Assembly: GCA_965235115.1 (NCBI GenBank)
Contig: OZ249444.1
Span: forward strand, 18,414,001 to 18,478,000
DNA length: 64,000 bases
Direction of reading: 5' to 3'
DNA from: Laetmonice hystrix
Lineage: Eukaryota
Below, piece after piece: positions 1 to 12,310 of the stretch (positions are counted from its first letter, which is position 1; every line of letters begins with the position of its first letter). The notes beneath the pieces are model-generated. The model was not told where the DNA came from. It was given only the letters and a program-made list of their open reading frames with translations, and ran no database searches. The translations under genes and the position numbers were made by a program.

Positions 1-27
1 TTGACAGACTATATTACTCATCGTCAG

Positions 28-110
28 GGGAAGGTTCTTCGCCGGAAATTCCGGGTTCCTCCATCAGTAAAACTGACCAATTCGACTCAGACTATGGCCG
101 AGATGTAAAA
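28..110 (+). mobile_element. Degenerate SINE core fragment
   Basis: ggaaggttcttcgccggaaattccgggttcctccatcagtaaaactgacc resembles the same core (ggttttctccgggtactccggtttcctccaccaataaaactgacc) on the plus strand. Confidence 0.45.
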
Positions 111-1459
111 GCAATATGTAGGGAAACGGTCTGTAATTCTGAGTTATGCAGTTCTTGTGTTTGCGACTGACACATGCCCTTGATTTCGCTTTAGACGATA
201 ATAAACCTTTACAAGTCGCAATACTTGCCAAAGTCTTAAAGACAAGTCATATGTAGGCCACCCTGATATAAAGAGCATGCCGACACCGTATATGGGGGAG
301 AGTCAACTGAGTAATGAGCCTCTCATTTATCCGAAAAATAACTTATTATGTTGGGTCCATGGACAACTAAAGAAAAGGCTCACTAAACTACCCTTTATTA
401 TTATTGACATTCCTATATGTCTGACCATCTTTGTCATTTGCTCTTTTGTGATTGATTGATGTTTAGAAATGTAATAGAAATAGATAGGCATCATAATTAC
501 CAAATACATGTACATTCCTCACTGTCAGCTTCACGCATTCCTTCGTAGAGTGTAGTAGTAATATACTTCATGCCATAACTTGTATGCATGTACATATTAT
601 ACCATGCTCTGACTGCGATACTTTTACGTCAAAAGCAAGGCTAGTCTACAATGTCCCTATGTCTTCAAGGGCAAATATTGTTTTTGGAGGTTGGAGAGTA
701 TGGTTATGCAAACACTGGGAAAGTTGCAGAAGTTGCAGAAATAAACATGCTACCATGGAGCCACCTTCATTTGCAAGAATACCAGAACGTAAACCTACGT
801 GCTACTTAAAAGAAAGGCAATTACAACCCTGGTGAATGAGACGACTATGTGAGAAATTAGGAGGATCTGCATACCACTGTCGTGTGAATCCAATTCGGGG
901 CGAAGCAGGTATAGCCTCCTGTACAGTTAGTAAAGAATAAGGGGTGCGATTCTCATCATGTCGTTAGCTTGTCGTATCGTTAACTCCAATGTATTTTCAA
1001 TGGGAATTTTAACGCACGACAGGATATCAATAGATGGGAAACGCATCCCTGAGTCCATTGAATATACGTCGATCGTATACGGAGGACAAGTCGGTACCGT
1101 TCCTGGTTCGAGGCTGTACAAGTATCAGTACCAGTGATGATAACAATGTGCTTATCCCCTTATAGCTTGCAGCGGGGAAGGAGATCTACTTTGGTTTGTG
1201 GGCGATATTAGGGTGTCCCAATATATTTGTCTCGCCCGAGACCGTAGCACAAAATAGATAGATAAATGTCTACCTAATTCTGTGACCGTAGCTGCTGCAG
1301 ACGTAGTATTGACTTCGAATCTAGGCTGAAGCAGAGAAAAACATTCATTGTAAACTGGTTGTCAGTTGTCATCCTCGGCCAGGTTCTATCCTAAAATGGC
1401 CTAAGCATGACTAACAGATGTCGACAGGGATTAATTATTCAATAATCAAATGGATATTT

Positions 1460-1683
1460 AGTGATGTCGGAAGCAAATTCTTGTTGTTGGTGGTGGTGGT
1501 GGGGGGGGCAGGCCCTGTTCCAAGAGCATTTTAGGTTGTGCACACGGCAGCGATAAAATGGGCAGAACTCGGCCCTCTCTTTAGCTCGGGGGGGGGGGGG
1601 CAAAAATAGTCTCCCTCAGTTTCTTTGGTGAAGGAGGAGGGGGCATGGCCCCTCTGCCCCCCCCCCCCGCTTCCGACATCACT
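1460..1683. mobile_element. 224-bp MITE-like element
   Basis: Perfect 15-bp inverted termini agtgatgtcggaagc (1460-1474) / gcttccgacatcact (1669-1683), with subterminal G- and C-runs like the 40572 element. No clean TSD. Confidence 0.7.
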
Positions 1684-2195
1684 GTTGTTTATGATACTGA
1701 AGATATCTAGATCCGTGGATGACAATCTGACGTTACAGCAGTGTGTTATCATCTGTCGGATCAAACATCGGGCAGACTGGGACATCGACGTGATGATTGT
1801 GTTTTTTGTAACATGTTGGTGGCACTAGGATTGTTGTGATTTGTGATGCGAATGCGATGGCAATGCATTCAATGTATATGAATGCGGTAAATAACGTACT
1901 ACGCATCCTACAATAGACAAAATTCAAAAGTGCCATTGAACGATTGTGACTTTTAACAAAAGGTCATGTAGCATTGTACCCTTGGGATTTTTATGGCCAA
2001 TGCCAGTGGACGTTTTGTGTTTTGTTGAATTATATTAGAAGTATAGATCTATTATACAAATAAAGCACAATCGTTGTATTTTTACCTTAATCATGAACCT
2101 CCGTGGTGCTGGGAAGCCATAGGTATCCAAATAATGATATTTGCTGCATTGTCACATATAGGGAAAACGTGAAAACGTAATAGAGTAATATTCTG

Positions 2196-2420
2196 GTGAG
2201 TGAGTGAGTGAGTGAGTGAGTGAGTGAGTGAGTGAGTGAGTGAGTGAGTGAGTGAGTAGTTGGTGCTCAACGCCCAGTCAGCAGTATTTCAGCTATATCA
2301 GGGCGAGAACAAGGTAGCTAACTCGGTTGGCGAAATCCATTGTGTGATAATGATGAGATGATAGGAAGAAACCCGCGCACCGGGGCGAACCCCGAGTAAT
2401 ATTCTGCAGACGTGACGACC
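2196..2420 (-). mobile_element. SINE-like 3' portion with (ACTC)n tail
   Basis: (GAGT)n microsatellite at 2196-2257, followed by ggtgctcaacgcccagtcagcagtatttcagctatatc and aggaagaaacccgcgcaccggggcgaacc. On the minus strand these resemble, from memory, the 3' end and GGTTTTCTCCGGGTACTCCGGTTTCCTCC-type core of SINEs common in marine invertebrates. Confidence 0.55.
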
Positions 2421-4329
2421 ACATTGTCTTTAACCTGTCACTGTTGTATAACTGTACTGTTATGAAGGAGAAAAGGAGGCCATTTATATGTTTTTCCCAC
2501 AAATATCTTAATAAGAAGGAGATTGTCATATCCAAAACTTATCTTCTAATCACCTTACGACAAATTGTGTGCCAATCGCAAGGGCAAATTTCATAGTGGA
2601 TCCCTGATTTTAATTAGACACATCGTGACAGAGCTCCTTTAATTGGTTAGATTGTGGGTTTTAAAGAGGATGTTTCTGAAATGCAGGCTTCATATGACCC
2701 TGGCATAATCCAAAAATTTGAAGGTGACATGGCTGGTAGGTAGTTTCCCTGTTTCCCTTGTAAACTAAAGTCTCTTCGGGTCTGCTCCCGGGTCTGTTTT
2801 GAAACCCCTTTTTCCATTTACCCATATTTGTAAAGAGAACATACTACCTCAGGTAACTAACTGTATGTGTGTAACTGAATATTGTACGACTCTAAAGTTC
2901 AGGGAATACCGTTACCTCTACAGGATAACTCGAAGGGTTGTCAGAAGGAACCCGTCCGCGTTCGTGAGAACGTCCATGTTGACGTGGGGCAGATGGTAGT
3001 GGGGTTATTGTATGTGGATTACGTACGATGGATGGGTGGGAAAATAGCAGGAGCGATAACCGTTGTCGTGACCGCCGACTGACGATTATTCTTGGTAGCA
3101 AATCCATGAAACGTGTGAGGTGACACCTGAAAAAGGGCTTGCGAGCGAATAAGACCTGTTCAGATGTGTTTTTGCGTTGCGTGATTTGCGCAGTGGGATG
3201 CTGATGAGGTACCCGAGGCGAACGCCCGGTATAAAGGTGGTATTCCATCGAATAGACCTGGTGTAATGGGGTTATAAACCTATGACCTCAAGCACAAAGG
3301 GGTCACAGGTGCTATAGTAGGGAAAGACAGCTAGTCTGTCAAGTGGCACGAAGTGTTAAGGAGCGCATCAGAGTACGTCAAAGGCCCTATTAAGATCAAG
3401 TAAAATATAGTAGAGGGGATACAATCAGGAGTTTTAAAAGACTCGCTGAAGTGTAAGCTTCACATTTAATGCAGCGATTTGAATATAAATGCCCATGAAT
3501 AATAGTCCCTTGCATGTTTCTTTTTACAAATCGTATATATTGTAACGGAAATGTGTTGTATTGTTGGTGAAAGGCATACTTGCCGGTGCAAGTGAGATTC
3601 AGCCATATACCAGAGTTTGTAAGATGAGTTCGCAAAAGTATTCACAGCACGTCAGGGGCATTGCAGTTGGTGAAAACTTGGGTACAATTTCACTAACAAC
3701 CAAACATCAACAATAATGTGGGAATATGCTCTATTAAAAATGTAAACTACAAAGTAGCCACAAAAGCGTCATTTAAGTTCAGTAATTTTACCATTTGCGC
3801 ATTGGGAAAATGACTGTCATCTACGAAAAGCTGCATCATGAATGATTGACACGTTGCTCAGTGTCGGAAACTTTTAGCGCTGTCTCTAGCGGGCGGGCAG
3901 TGCCTGCTATGAACAAAACGCCTCCATTGGAGGGCTGTTTCCTATTCACGGTCTAAATATATGGCATTATGTAACCGTCGGTGGCAATGTGGGCGATTCA
4001 ATAGAAAACCAGATCAAAGATGAACTGGGTGACATCAGTCCAATTGAACAGCGACACAATAGCCGGATTTGTCCCAAAATAAAAGGTACCATCATGGACT
4101 CAGTAGGCATAACGCGGATGATATCATATCGAAATGCCGGCTGCCTTGGTTTCCCCCGCACATAATGTCCCCGACTAGTGCCAACAAGAGGGGGCTGTAA
4201 AGTGCCTGATAAATGACCCCTGCGGTTTTAGAAGTTTCTTTGATTTTAAGAGGAGGCGGTCCATGCGTGGTAGGGGGGTAAGTGGGGGCCACCAAGGAGG
4301 GTAAGTAGGTGCCACCAAGTCAGGCGGTT

Positions 4330-5420
4330 GTCAGTACCGCCGAAGTCGGCAGGTAGACATTTTTACGGGTGGCCGAGCGCCCAGCGATCCCACACGTTTT
4401 GCCGCCGTTTAGCAGATTATGTGCTCGGCGTATTGTGTGCAGCTACTGACCTGCGCCGGGCGATGAATAGACCGCAAATTTATAGCGGACCGGGCTCCCC
4501 TTCCCTGACATGTTTGCCCCATTGTTGGCTGTTCAGCCGCGCTCCAAATGCACAAACATTTATTGTAGGGGCCCAAGGTGAAATGAAAGTTTGAAAGCCT
4601 GAATGCACCTAATTCTCCAGGTGCTTTCGAGCTCGCATCTCTATAATTTGGCCGAACAAGAGGCACATAATAGGAGCATAATAGAAATGTATTGGGGACG
4701 GAAGGCGCAATAGTGCGCACAATAGGCGGTGAAGAGGGGCATTGAACAGTAATGAATAGCGATTGAAAGCCGGCCTTTTGTGCCCGGCGTAATGAATGGC
4801 AGCGACAAATACCGCCATTCAACAGAAATTGACATGCCATTGTGCCGCAACGTAATGAAATCAACACAACCCTTAGTCAAGGCGATTGAGCCATTGTTCC
4901 CGCCAAGATTGAAAATCATTGAAATCGGCCGTGGAATAATAGTGTTGAAAAGCAATAAGAATAGGCTTGGAAACAAGCTATTCAGGACTGAATGCGCGCA
5001 AACTAAGGCTACATTGACTAACTACATAAAGCCATTCACGCTTTTTATCTGAGAGTATCTCGTCGTGAAAGAGCTGAAATGAAATCGCTCAAAAGCTTGT
5101 AGTCCGATTTATCAGGACTGGGTGGCAATTAGCATGGCAGCCGCTGTGTGGATGGACGGCGGGCCTCGGCACGATCGAGGCCATGAGCAGGGCAGCCGCT
5201 CTGTGCCGGCCTTTCCTCATCCAAAACAGCCGGCTACTTCCTCTCGACCTGCCGTGCTATCACAGCAGCCAGACCGACTCAAGTCCCACCATAGCAGCCA
5301 CAATAAAATCGAAATAATCAGGTAGACAAAATGGATACGTGCGTGCCCAAATGGTTGCAAACAATTGGCATTGATTGGCCGAGTACAATGGCTAATGTTA
5401 TACTCAGGGCTGAGGGTGGG
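4330..5420. promoter_or_regulatory. Candidate developmental enhancer block (Sox + POU/homeodomain motifs)
   Basis: CCATTGTTC (4891), CCATTGT (4837), CCATTCA (4815), TAATGAAT twice 40 bp apart (4750, 4790), TAATGAAAT (4853). Non-repetitive, CpG-containing and without a credible ORF. Confidence 0.45.
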
Positions 5421-6826
5421 ATTTGTTGGACGGGAGGAGGGAGAGATGGGGGTTCCTACGGATGACACATCCAACATGAATAGATAGATATCTGTTCTCG
5501 GAGAAAGCTAGTACTAATATTCTAGTATTCGATGGGATTCTATATAACTACTCGTGGCCCCCGAACACTGAAACAGGCAGATATATACAAATTGATCTGA
5601 CAAAACAATGAAGCTCTCTAAATTTGCATGAAGCACTTTTCCTTTCAATCACAGTAGATATTCAGATGAACGTAGAATATCAAATCCTATGACTATACGG
5701 TTTTATACCTTTATGACACTACAGTTATTCCTAATGTGATATGTCATTTCATGAAACCTTAAATCTTAAACCATGAAACCTTAAACAAAGGGCAGAACAC
5801 AAAGCAGGAAACAATGGCTTCATTTGTCTAAACAACCTGGGTATACTACTTACGCTACGTGTGGCCGGCCGGCCGACACACGCGCCTGGATCATTACGGA
5901 CAAGTGGGTGTGACCTCCAGAACAATCAGTCACGTGATGAACACACGTCACACTTGGCGCGAGACGGAGGGAGTGTCACGTGATGGCTGTGATGGACCGC
6001 CATGTCGTTGGTGTGATCGGATGTCGGGCTTGGTTTCAAATCGAATCAGACCGAGTCACTATGAAGGTGTCACATGTTGCCATCAGCCACACAATGACTG
6101 CTGACAGCGCCAATATGGTGGACGGGAAATTATTACTTTGGTATTGATCAAAGACGTATAAAAGCAATATCTGTATCAGGGAGTGGCCAACATGGAAAAG
6201 ATAAGACACAGAAAGGAAAGAGTGTTATAACAATTAAAGAATTAAATGTAATATCAGTTTCATTGATAGATCCAGCCTCTCTGTGTGTGAATGTGTGGAG
6301 GGCGTTGTCTCAAGGACCAACAAGTATTCTTCTTATGACAGACCTCTGCCAGGCGAAATACAGAAACAATTCACAAGCCTCAAGATAAGGTGACATCCCC
6401 TCTGCGATCAATATTACTTACATATGGCGCATTGATTTTTTTACGTTAATGTTGAATCTGCATTGTTGATGATAACGTTATTAACACTTTGGGCATATCC
6501 TTGAGATAGTGGTCTCTTTCGGTCCCTTGTACATGTATTGTATCCATACCATTCAAGGTCCTGAGGATTGAAACGGGGTGAATGATCAAACAAACCATTT
6601 GATTAACCTTGGCCATGACTGGATTACCAGAGGAGGTGTCCGTATAGACCACAGACCTGAAGATAGCTAAGCAAGTTTCATAAGGAAGGTAAATACTGCA
6701 GGTTAATCGCCCTTTCCATGGAGTAAAGGTTCGGCATTACTAAAACAACACAAATGGAGAAAATCACCTATCTCTTATGTTATCATGAGGTGATGGTCGT
6801 ATGTGTTTTCTCTGAGAGGCTGCGGA

Positions 6827-7860
6827 CTGTGTGACTGAGGGCATGAGGTGGGGTCTGTGTGACTGTGGGGGCATGAGGTGGGGTCTGTGTGACTGTGGGG
6901 GCGTGAGGTGGGGTCTGTGTGACTGTGGGGGCGTGAGGTGGGGTTTGTGTGACTGAGGGCATGAGGTGGGGTCTGTGTGACTGTGGGGGCATGAGGTGGG
7001 GTCTGTGTGACTGTGGGGGCATGAGGTGGGGTCTGTGTGACTGTGGGGGCGTGAGGTGGGGTTTGTGTGACTGAGGGCATGAGGTGGGGTCTGTGTGACT
7101 GAGGGCATGAGGTGGGGTCTGTGTGACTGTGGGGGCATGAGGTGGGGTCTGTGTGACTGTGGGGGCATGAGGTGGGGTCTGTGTGACTGTGGGGGCATGA
7201 GGTGGGGTCTGTGTGACTGTGGGACATGAGGTGGGGTCTGTGTGACTGTGAAGGCATGAGATGTGACTTTTGTGATTGAGGGCATGAGGTGTGACCTTTG
7301 TGACCGTCAGGGCATGAGATGTGATCTTTGTGACTGGGCACATGAGATGTGGTCTTTGTGACTATGAGTGCATGAGGTGTGACCTTTGTGACTGTGAGGG
7401 CATTGGGTGTGACCTTTGTGACTGTGAGGGCATTGGGTGTGACCTTTGTGACTGTGAGGGCTTAAGATGTGATCTTTGTGACTGGGGACATGAGATGTGG
7501 TCTTTGTGACTATGAGTGCATGAGGTGTGACCTTTGTGACGGTGGGGGCATGAGGTGTGGTTTTCCTGACTGTGGGGGCATGCAGTGTGGTCTTTGTGGC
7601 ATGCTCTGGTCTGTGTGACTGTGAAGAGATAAGCTGTGGCCTGTGTGATTGTGAGGGGATGAGATGAAGCCTGTTTGGTAGGCGTTGGTGGGTGTGATTG
7701 TGGGAGGATGAGTTCTGGTCTGTGTGATTGTGAGGGGATGAGCTGTGGTATGTGTGATTGTGAGGGGATGAGCTGTGGTCTGCGTGAATGTTAGAGGATG
7801 ATTATCCAAGACTGTGTGATTGTGAGAGATAGACTGTGGTCTGTGGGACAGATTGTAGTC
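6827..7860 (+). repeat. G-rich 28/30-bp minisatellite with polar decay
   Basis: Unit gtgactgtgggggcatgaggtggggtctgt (28-bp variant gtgactgagggcatgaggtggggtctgt). It is near-perfect from 6827 to ~7255, then progressively diverged (gtgacctttgtgactgtgagggc, gtgattgtgaggggatgagctgtggtct) to ~7860. Confidence 0.95.
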
Positions 7861-7882
7861 TGTCGGACTGTGAGGGGATGAG

Positions 7883-8045
7883 CTGTGGTTTGTCTGACTG
7901 TGAGCAGACAGACTGAGCCTGTGGGACAGACTAGACCGTCAGCCTGTGCAGGGGAGAGGCATAGACTGTGGTTTGTCTGACGGTGAGCAGACAGACTGAG
8001 CCTGTGGGACAGACTAGTCCGTTAGCCTGTGTAGGGGAGAGGCTG
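7883..8045 (+). repeat. 83-bp tandem duplication in the decayed tail of the minisatellite
   Basis: ctgtggtttgtctga..gtgagcagacagactgagcctgtgggacagactag..cgt.agcctgtg.aggggagagg occurs twice with an 83-bp offset (7883 and 7966). Confidence 0.85.
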
Positions 8046-8514
8046 TGGTCTGTCTCATATACTATGGTCTGATTATGAGGGGACAGTCTGTGACCTGTCT
8101 CACACAATCAGATCTCTCTGACTGTTAGGACACAGACTGTGGTTTGTTTGACAGGTTGTGGACTGTAAAGTCTGACTGTGATGAGACGGGCTCCGTGGAC
8201 AGTCTGGCTGTACTTGTGCGTGCACAATGCCGTATCATCAAACTAATATTGTCATCCTGAGAGCGATGGCTGCCTCCAGTCAGTAATCTCGACGCAGTCG
8301 CTTTCTTCGACGCTTTCTGTTATATTCCTCATAATGTAGGACCGATCTTACTCAATAAAAACCCGAATACATGTAGAACCTTCCAGCTGTCATCCAAGCT
8401 AATATATCATTTAACCTTATGAGAGGGCAGAGCCAAAGTGAATGTGATTGAGAGTGTTAGTGCTATACGCCAATGTTATATCTCGTGAGATAGGCCTATG
8501 TAGGCTGTAAGTCT

Positions 8515-8640
8515 GCCTGGTGGTGGAAACTACAGATAATTGTGGACCTGCGGCAAGTAACCGACGACCTTCCTCATATAAAACGCAGAGGGGTGTTCGA
8601 ACCCACCCGGGAGAGGCCTGTGCATGATCACCAACCGAAG
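8515..8640 (-). mobile_element. Degenerate SINE fragment
   Basis: tggtggtggaaac…gacctgcggcaagtaaccgacgaccttcctcatata…gtgttcgaaccc: core-like sequence plus a tRNA B-box-like GTTCGAAC, in minus orientation. Confidence 0.45.
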
Positions 8641-9476
8641 ACTAGAATAACATGTATAGGCCTAGTACGTCAGAATAACCACTATTGTTAATCTTACAAA
8701 ACTGCGTAGGTGTATGATACATCATGCATGAAGTAGTTTAAAGGTAAAATCATACATCATGTCCATCGTTTATGGTATCATGACAGTTGTTAATGTTGAT
8801 ATCTTCATGAGTCATACATACAGTTTAATATAACAATAAGGGGGAAACTTTTCTGACACAAACCAAATGGAGAATAATTACAAATTTCAATATTACTGGA
8901 CGTATAACAGTATTATATAATCGTGTATGAGAGTTGGTTTACAGTGATATCACTTTGTTATGACATAATATTATTATTACTTTAGTTCCGTTCTGTTAAA
9001 TACTTTTGCTTACTGTTATTTCATTTAGTTTGAACAAAGAGTGTTGTTTGATTTGATTATCGTATACTTTTGTGACATTTTGATCTGCAGTTAACAGAAA
9101 CGCCCTCTTCATTTTCATTATCGTTGGTCATTCTTCTATAAAACGCCCAATTGGCTTAAAATACAATACATTTATAAAAGATTACGAGTGGGGGTGGAAG
9201 CACCCTTCATGCCATCCATCAAGATTGTCTAATGCCTGTTATAGTGGATAACTATATAGATCCTTGTCATAACTATTGTGCTATGATTGAATGCATACTT
9301 CCCTATGCAATGCTACTAGTGAACACAATGCCAACTTGGAAATGGAATAGACAATATCACACTCGCAACGACGAGTATTCAGTCGAACGTATAAAGGCCA
9401 TATGATATATTCATGCGCACGCCACAAAGGCTCTTTTTTCTCGTCCGTTTTCCTTTTGTATTTTGTTTTGTAACAG

Positions 9477-9600
9477 TGATGGCAGAATAATTCAGGGAAA
9501 AGTTGACAGTGAATTGAATGGATGTGAAATGGACAAGTTAGATCAGAGAATAAAACAGGAAAGACCAAGTTGTATGCTGCAACTTTCCTGTACAAATTAA
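9477..9600 (+). other. Possible orphan terminal exon (DGRIIQGKVDSELNGCEMDKLDQRIKQERPSCMLQLSCTN*)
   Basis: Very long pyrimidine tract at 9431-9470 ending taacAG|, then 40 open codons to TAA. No homology was recognised and no upstream exon was found. Confidence 0.2.
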
Positions 9601-11939
9601 CTCTTAGCCTTCGCAGTTTAAGACATGTCTGTCTCTTCAGGGACTTTATCATGTGACGTAGATAACATGTGTTGTAATTTATTTATTTATTTGGGAGGGG
9701 GAGGGCAGATAGAATTGTACTCTGGTTCGTGGGTTCGAATCTCCTCTGATTCCCCGTCCGATGGATTCCTGCAATACTCGGACGTTGGATCATGATAGGC
9801 TCATTCCCTCCAGCCTTGTAACTGGACAAAATGATCACCTTGCAGAAAACTGAAATCACCTGGACGTGAAGACTCAATTAATTGAAAAATATTTCTATCT
9901 CCAATGTTGTTTTCAATTGTAAAGCTTTATGATAACGTATTCATGCCCCGGACTTGGCATATTTAAACGGTTCAAAATGTTGAACGTTATGACTCTATGG
10001 AAATTCAATGTGCGCATTGTGCTTGCACATTAAGCCCGGACTACCTTATGCGTAAACTCGGTATTTCGCACTTATAACAAAGTACAGACATGTCACTTTA
10101 TGATGCAAATTCATTATATTTGCGTGGTAAAATTGTAGTGTGCAATGTGTAAAGCCGCTGGTGGCGCAGCTCGAGTAGTCAATATAAGAGACATGCAATC
10201 GACCAATCTATATAATATTTAAACTCATAGGGACCCAACAACAGTTTACTAAAGCCCCTCCGTGACTGCTGCTGAGATTATTCTTTTGATTAAATATAAA
10301 CATGGCCGTGTGACGTCGTTTTGTGTGGTGTCGGGTGCAGAGTCACCGATCAGTACTCGATGGTCGGATACAGTTCATGTTTCTTCCTAGTCACGTGGTC
10401 ACCTTGCACCAATTGTGACGTCATCTAATCCGGATGTTTGCGCAATGGCATATCCGGTTTGCTTGAGACCCAGGGAAGCCGTTGATATAATTGTCTTGTT
10501 CTTTCAGTGCAAAGGCAAAACTTAGACCTATAGCTGTCTATATAAGATAGTTCAGGGAAGATTCCTTGTACAGTAATCCCCATCTCAGTGATGATTTATA
10601 ACCCCGAAAAATGAGGACGGCTCTTAAGTCCTTAGAAATCCGTGCAGTCTGATGGTGCAATTTAACACCTGTCATTTATCATCAGTTGTTAACAGTGGCA
10701 ATGACGTGTATGGTTGACAGCTGAGGGCATGCATAATGGCTGCCCGCTCGTACTGTGTCATTACCACTCATTGGCCGCTTGAATGGCCTGTTAAGGTCTT
10801 ACCTCACTTCAAATATTTCCGATCAGACACACTCACAACCAAGGAGGAAGCGGTCCGACGAGGCCCTTTCATTAAACGCAGTGAATAAAGGCTAACCGCC
10901 GAGTCACCTTACAGACTTAGTATTTACAGCACCATACCACAACGAGCGACGACTTTGTTAATGGTCTTCGGGGCTATTGCCTCTTACCCAACACCACTTG
11001 ATGGAGGCTGATGTCAGTGTTTTGCCTATTCTCTCATTGGACGTCGTTAGTATTTCTGTAATGGGATTCTCTATCTGCCTCAGACATGCCAGACAAGAAG
11101 GCCAAACTGTGCGAACCATGTCTAAATTGCACGCCAGTCCGCTTAGTGTGTCGTCTGTTCCGTGTTCTCCATTTCTCCGGCGAAAGCGCTCAATTCAGTC
11201 GAGGCGTTCATTGGACAAAAGAAATGAAAGGATCGCCGAGGCAGCAAGTGGACGGTTATATGGGAGATCTATAGGTCGTATAAGTCAAGGTTGGGTCGAG
11301 ACTGGCTTTACAACACGCAAAAGCATGCAGAACAGAGCCTACTTTCTTTGACATCGGGTTTCGTGCAACTTGAGAGCGGTATCCCGTTTCTGAGCAGCCA
11401 CCTTCGGGGTCCTTGCTATTTGTAGTCCTTCTCTGGCCCAGTGTTGCCTTTCAAGCCCCCCGCAGCCCATCTTGATTTTCTAGCACATCTAGCCAGGGTC
11501 CATTGAAAGCACCAACGCACCTTTTGTGGCAGGACAAATATTAATACATCTAATCGCGAAGAGCTCACAATAGGCATACAATCGCACCCATCGCGCACAC
11601 TTATTTGCAGGCCTTTCAAACGCCAATAGACCTTTTGTTGTTTTTGTTCACGCCTTGAATGGTGAGTGGACTACATCTGTTGGGCGCTTTGTGTGAGCTG
11701 TCGGGCAGCGCTCTCAGCGAGCCGCCTGATCTGAACAGACACTGCGGGTACTCTCAGTGCCGGGCCGGGACCGGGACCGGGGCCGGGCCGAGGCCGGACC
11801 CACAGCGGTTCGGATCCCTGGCCGACCACCACCGAATCACCAGGCACTGCCGGCTGATCGCTTCACCGGCTTTTCTCACACCCGTATACACACCCCGCCG
11901 GCTCGACTTGTATAGCCCCAAGGTGGCAGCTATACAAGA

Positions 11940-12310
11940 CTCTACCCTGCTATGATTGAGTTTCGTGTTCGAGCATTGTGCCTGGTTGCTCGTTGTGCTA
12001 ATGTATTTATTCGGCTTGTTTGTGCGGTAGGTTTGTAGTTTAATAACATGGCCATTGAGAAGCTCTCTTATCACGGCCAGCTATTCACGGCGGCATTTAT
12101 TGGAACACCTTTCACAGGACTCCCCATTGACGCCTTTCTTAGCGCGCTGTTTGCGGCTATTTATCCGGGCTTGAACGCATCGTGGCCGGCCATTGAGCTT
12201 TGTGCGACCCGCAGGCCTCCATTGTGATGCTGATCAAGCGTATTAACGCCATTGTACCCACCTGAATGCCCCTGAATAGCACCGAACCCCTCTTGATCGC
12301 ACTTCGTTTA
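11940..12310. promoter_or_regulatory. Candidate enhancer with a homotypic CCATTG cluster
   Basis: CCATTG(A/T) at 12052, 12124, 12190, 12219 and 12249, all on the same strand, plus TGAATG/TGAATA at 12263/12273. Confidence 0.5.

Noticed and set aside
6764-7509. 173-188 aa repetitive ORFs and a CDLCDCE Cys-rich ORF
   Set aside because: These are translations of the 28/30-bp minisatellite. The metallothionein-like look is a by-product of gtgac/tgtg repeats.
10787-10800. Exact 14-mer cctgttaaggtctt shared with 46323-46336 in two enhancer-like blocks
   Set aside because: Several 14-bp matches are expected by chance in a 64-kb window.
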